From Dicyema japonicum (taxonomy: Eukaryota > Animalia > Dicyemida): a stretch of DNA of 64,000 nucleotides. Of the stretch, positions 62,390 through 64,000 are shown in pieces; the stretch's first letter is position 1; the number at the start of each line of letters is the position of its first letter. A program made the position numbers and the translations under genes. The DNA is taken from NCBI GenBank assembly GCA_011109175.1, contig RDEW01000019.1:48038-112037 (forward strand), written 5' to 3'. The notes under the pieces were generated by a model that was given only the letters and a program-made list of their open reading frames with translations, searched no databases and was not told the origin of the DNA.

Positions 62390-64000
62390 ATGTTGGCTTT
62401 AAAAATAAGACACCCATCATATTCATATAAAATACATGAAAAAATAGGATCAGGATCATATGGAAACGTCTTTAAAGTTCACTTGAAATAATTATTCAAA
62501 GGCTGAGACCTTAACTAATAAAAAAGTACGGGCATTGAAATCAATGTTCATTAAAAGCGGAAGTGATTTTGTGATGATTAAGCAGGAAGTCAGAACGATG
62601 AATACTTGTAGGCACAAAAATGTTGTTGAATTTTATGAGGTCTTTTTGTGGTTAGTCAATGTTTAACTTCAAGTAAAAAAGAATTATGGATTGCCATGGA
62701 ATTTTGTGACGCCGGTCCCTTGAACGACATCGTCCAAGGTTGCTTCAAATTTAAAGGTAGCTTTGGGGCCCCTGCATGAGAATGAAATCGCATATGTAAT
62801 CAAAAATGTCATGGATGGGATATCATTCATTCACTCACAAAAACTCATTCACAGAGATATTAAAGTATTCAGGGATCATAGTTTAGGGGGCTAATATTTT
62901 GATGACTTCAGAAGGACTCGTAAAAATAGGTACCAATTTGATTAACTCTTCAGCTGATTTCGGAGTCTCTGCGCAGTTAGTAGGGACCTTGAATAAGCGT
63001 AAAACCATCATAGGATCTCCATATTGGTAATCTGAGAATATAATCCCTAAGGATGGCACCTGAAGTGATCAATGCGAGGTCAACTGAGGGATATAATCAT
63101 TTATGCGATATTTGGAGTGTAGGGATTTTGGCGATAGAATTGGCGGAGACGTTGCCTCCTTTGTATAGAATCCATCCCATGGACGTTCTCCACATAATTG
63201 CCAAGAGTAACTACGTGAGCCCAGTTTTAACCAATAAAGATCAATGGTTGTCGTAATCATTGCATTTAAGGTCCGCGGATTTCCATTCCTTCATAAAGAG
63301 ACTTCTCACAAAAAATGTCAGAAAAAGACCTCCAGCCGAAGAGTGCTTGGCTGTAACCATCATTTTCACTGACAGCTAAATTTTCTAAGCCGTCCTGATT
63401 TGACGGAAAAGGTCGGACTTTATTTGGTGAACCGATATTTGCACCCAGGAATGGAAATATCAAAAGTGATTATTTTCTATTATTTTTAGAAATATGGCGG
63501 TTTTTCTTAATTCTAATTTAGATGTCTTTGATACCGTCACATTAAAGATTGAGGATCCAAAAGTAGTGGTTTCACTTATTCGTAGAGTTTCCAAGGTACG
63601 CACGTTTGGTCAAATGTTGTGTAGAAAAAGTCAAAATGGAAGAACCTTCGGTAACACTTACTGGTGGATATTAGTAACCTCATTTTAAGAACCGTCAGAG
63701 GACGAAACTGATGAATATTTCGAGCACTTTACAAAATACAGCGACAAGACTATCGTGAAAGTGACGATCGATGACTTCCAAAAATATCCACAGGTTTGGT
63801 AGTCAAGTTATTTAGTCGAGTCCACTAGAAACTGATCAAAAATCTGTACATCTTCCATTTGAATTAAGGCGGACTTACTCTTGGTGTGTTCGAATATAAG
63901 GATTCCCCCAATTTATGGAGCAGACTATTGGTTCGATCCAAATACTCATAGTTTCTATTTCCCTATATTTAGCTCACAAACTGTTCTTGGCTGCTGAAAA
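62390..64000 (+). CDS. MAP4K-like: MAP4K (GCK-I/happyhour-like) STE20 kinase with start of CNH domain; continues past the window
   Basis: IGSGSYGNVFK, LWIAMEFC, IHRDIKGANIL, IADFGVSAQL, GSPYWMAPEV, CDIWSVGI; YWFDPNTH..LFLAAE (CNH start); about 15 micro-introns. Confidence 0.92.

Noticed and set aside
2410-63720. CTGATGA occurrences as possible hammerhead ribozyme cores
   Set aside because: None has a correctly placed GAAA with supporting stems on inspection.

Overview
AT-rich eukaryotic (animal-like) genomic DNA from a fragmented draft assembly with three long N gaps, about 20 single-N joins and many short tandem duplications at contig joins. Compact host genes are densely interrupted by ultra-short introns (mostly 21-29 nt, parsed by hand): ZFP36/TIS11-like, ACADVL/ACAD9-like, CDV3-like, CRTC, ABCB8, an activin type II-like receptor with degenerate kinase motifs, stomatin, UBR7, a GH31 alpha-glucosidase (5' part missing), SLAIN-like, PTCD1-like, MAP4K (runs off the window end) and a few orphans. 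Between genes lie decayed retroelements (RTE, Jockey/I-like, CRE-like, R4/Dong-like), DNA transposon remnants (hAT/Buster, pogo/Tigger, Merlin, Ginger-like), two apparent SINE families, an 82-bp tandem array and a scrambled 28S rDNA patchwork. The intron sizes suggest a highly reduced animal parasite such as a dicyemid or myxozoan (inference only). Best leads: two 22-nt GT-TG introns in one receptor gene, the micro-intron/micro-exon splicing grammar, a probable TGF-beta-family pseudokinase receptor, a SINE sharing its 3' end with a LINE in the same window, and the rearranged rDNA. All homology calls are from motif recognition, not database searches.
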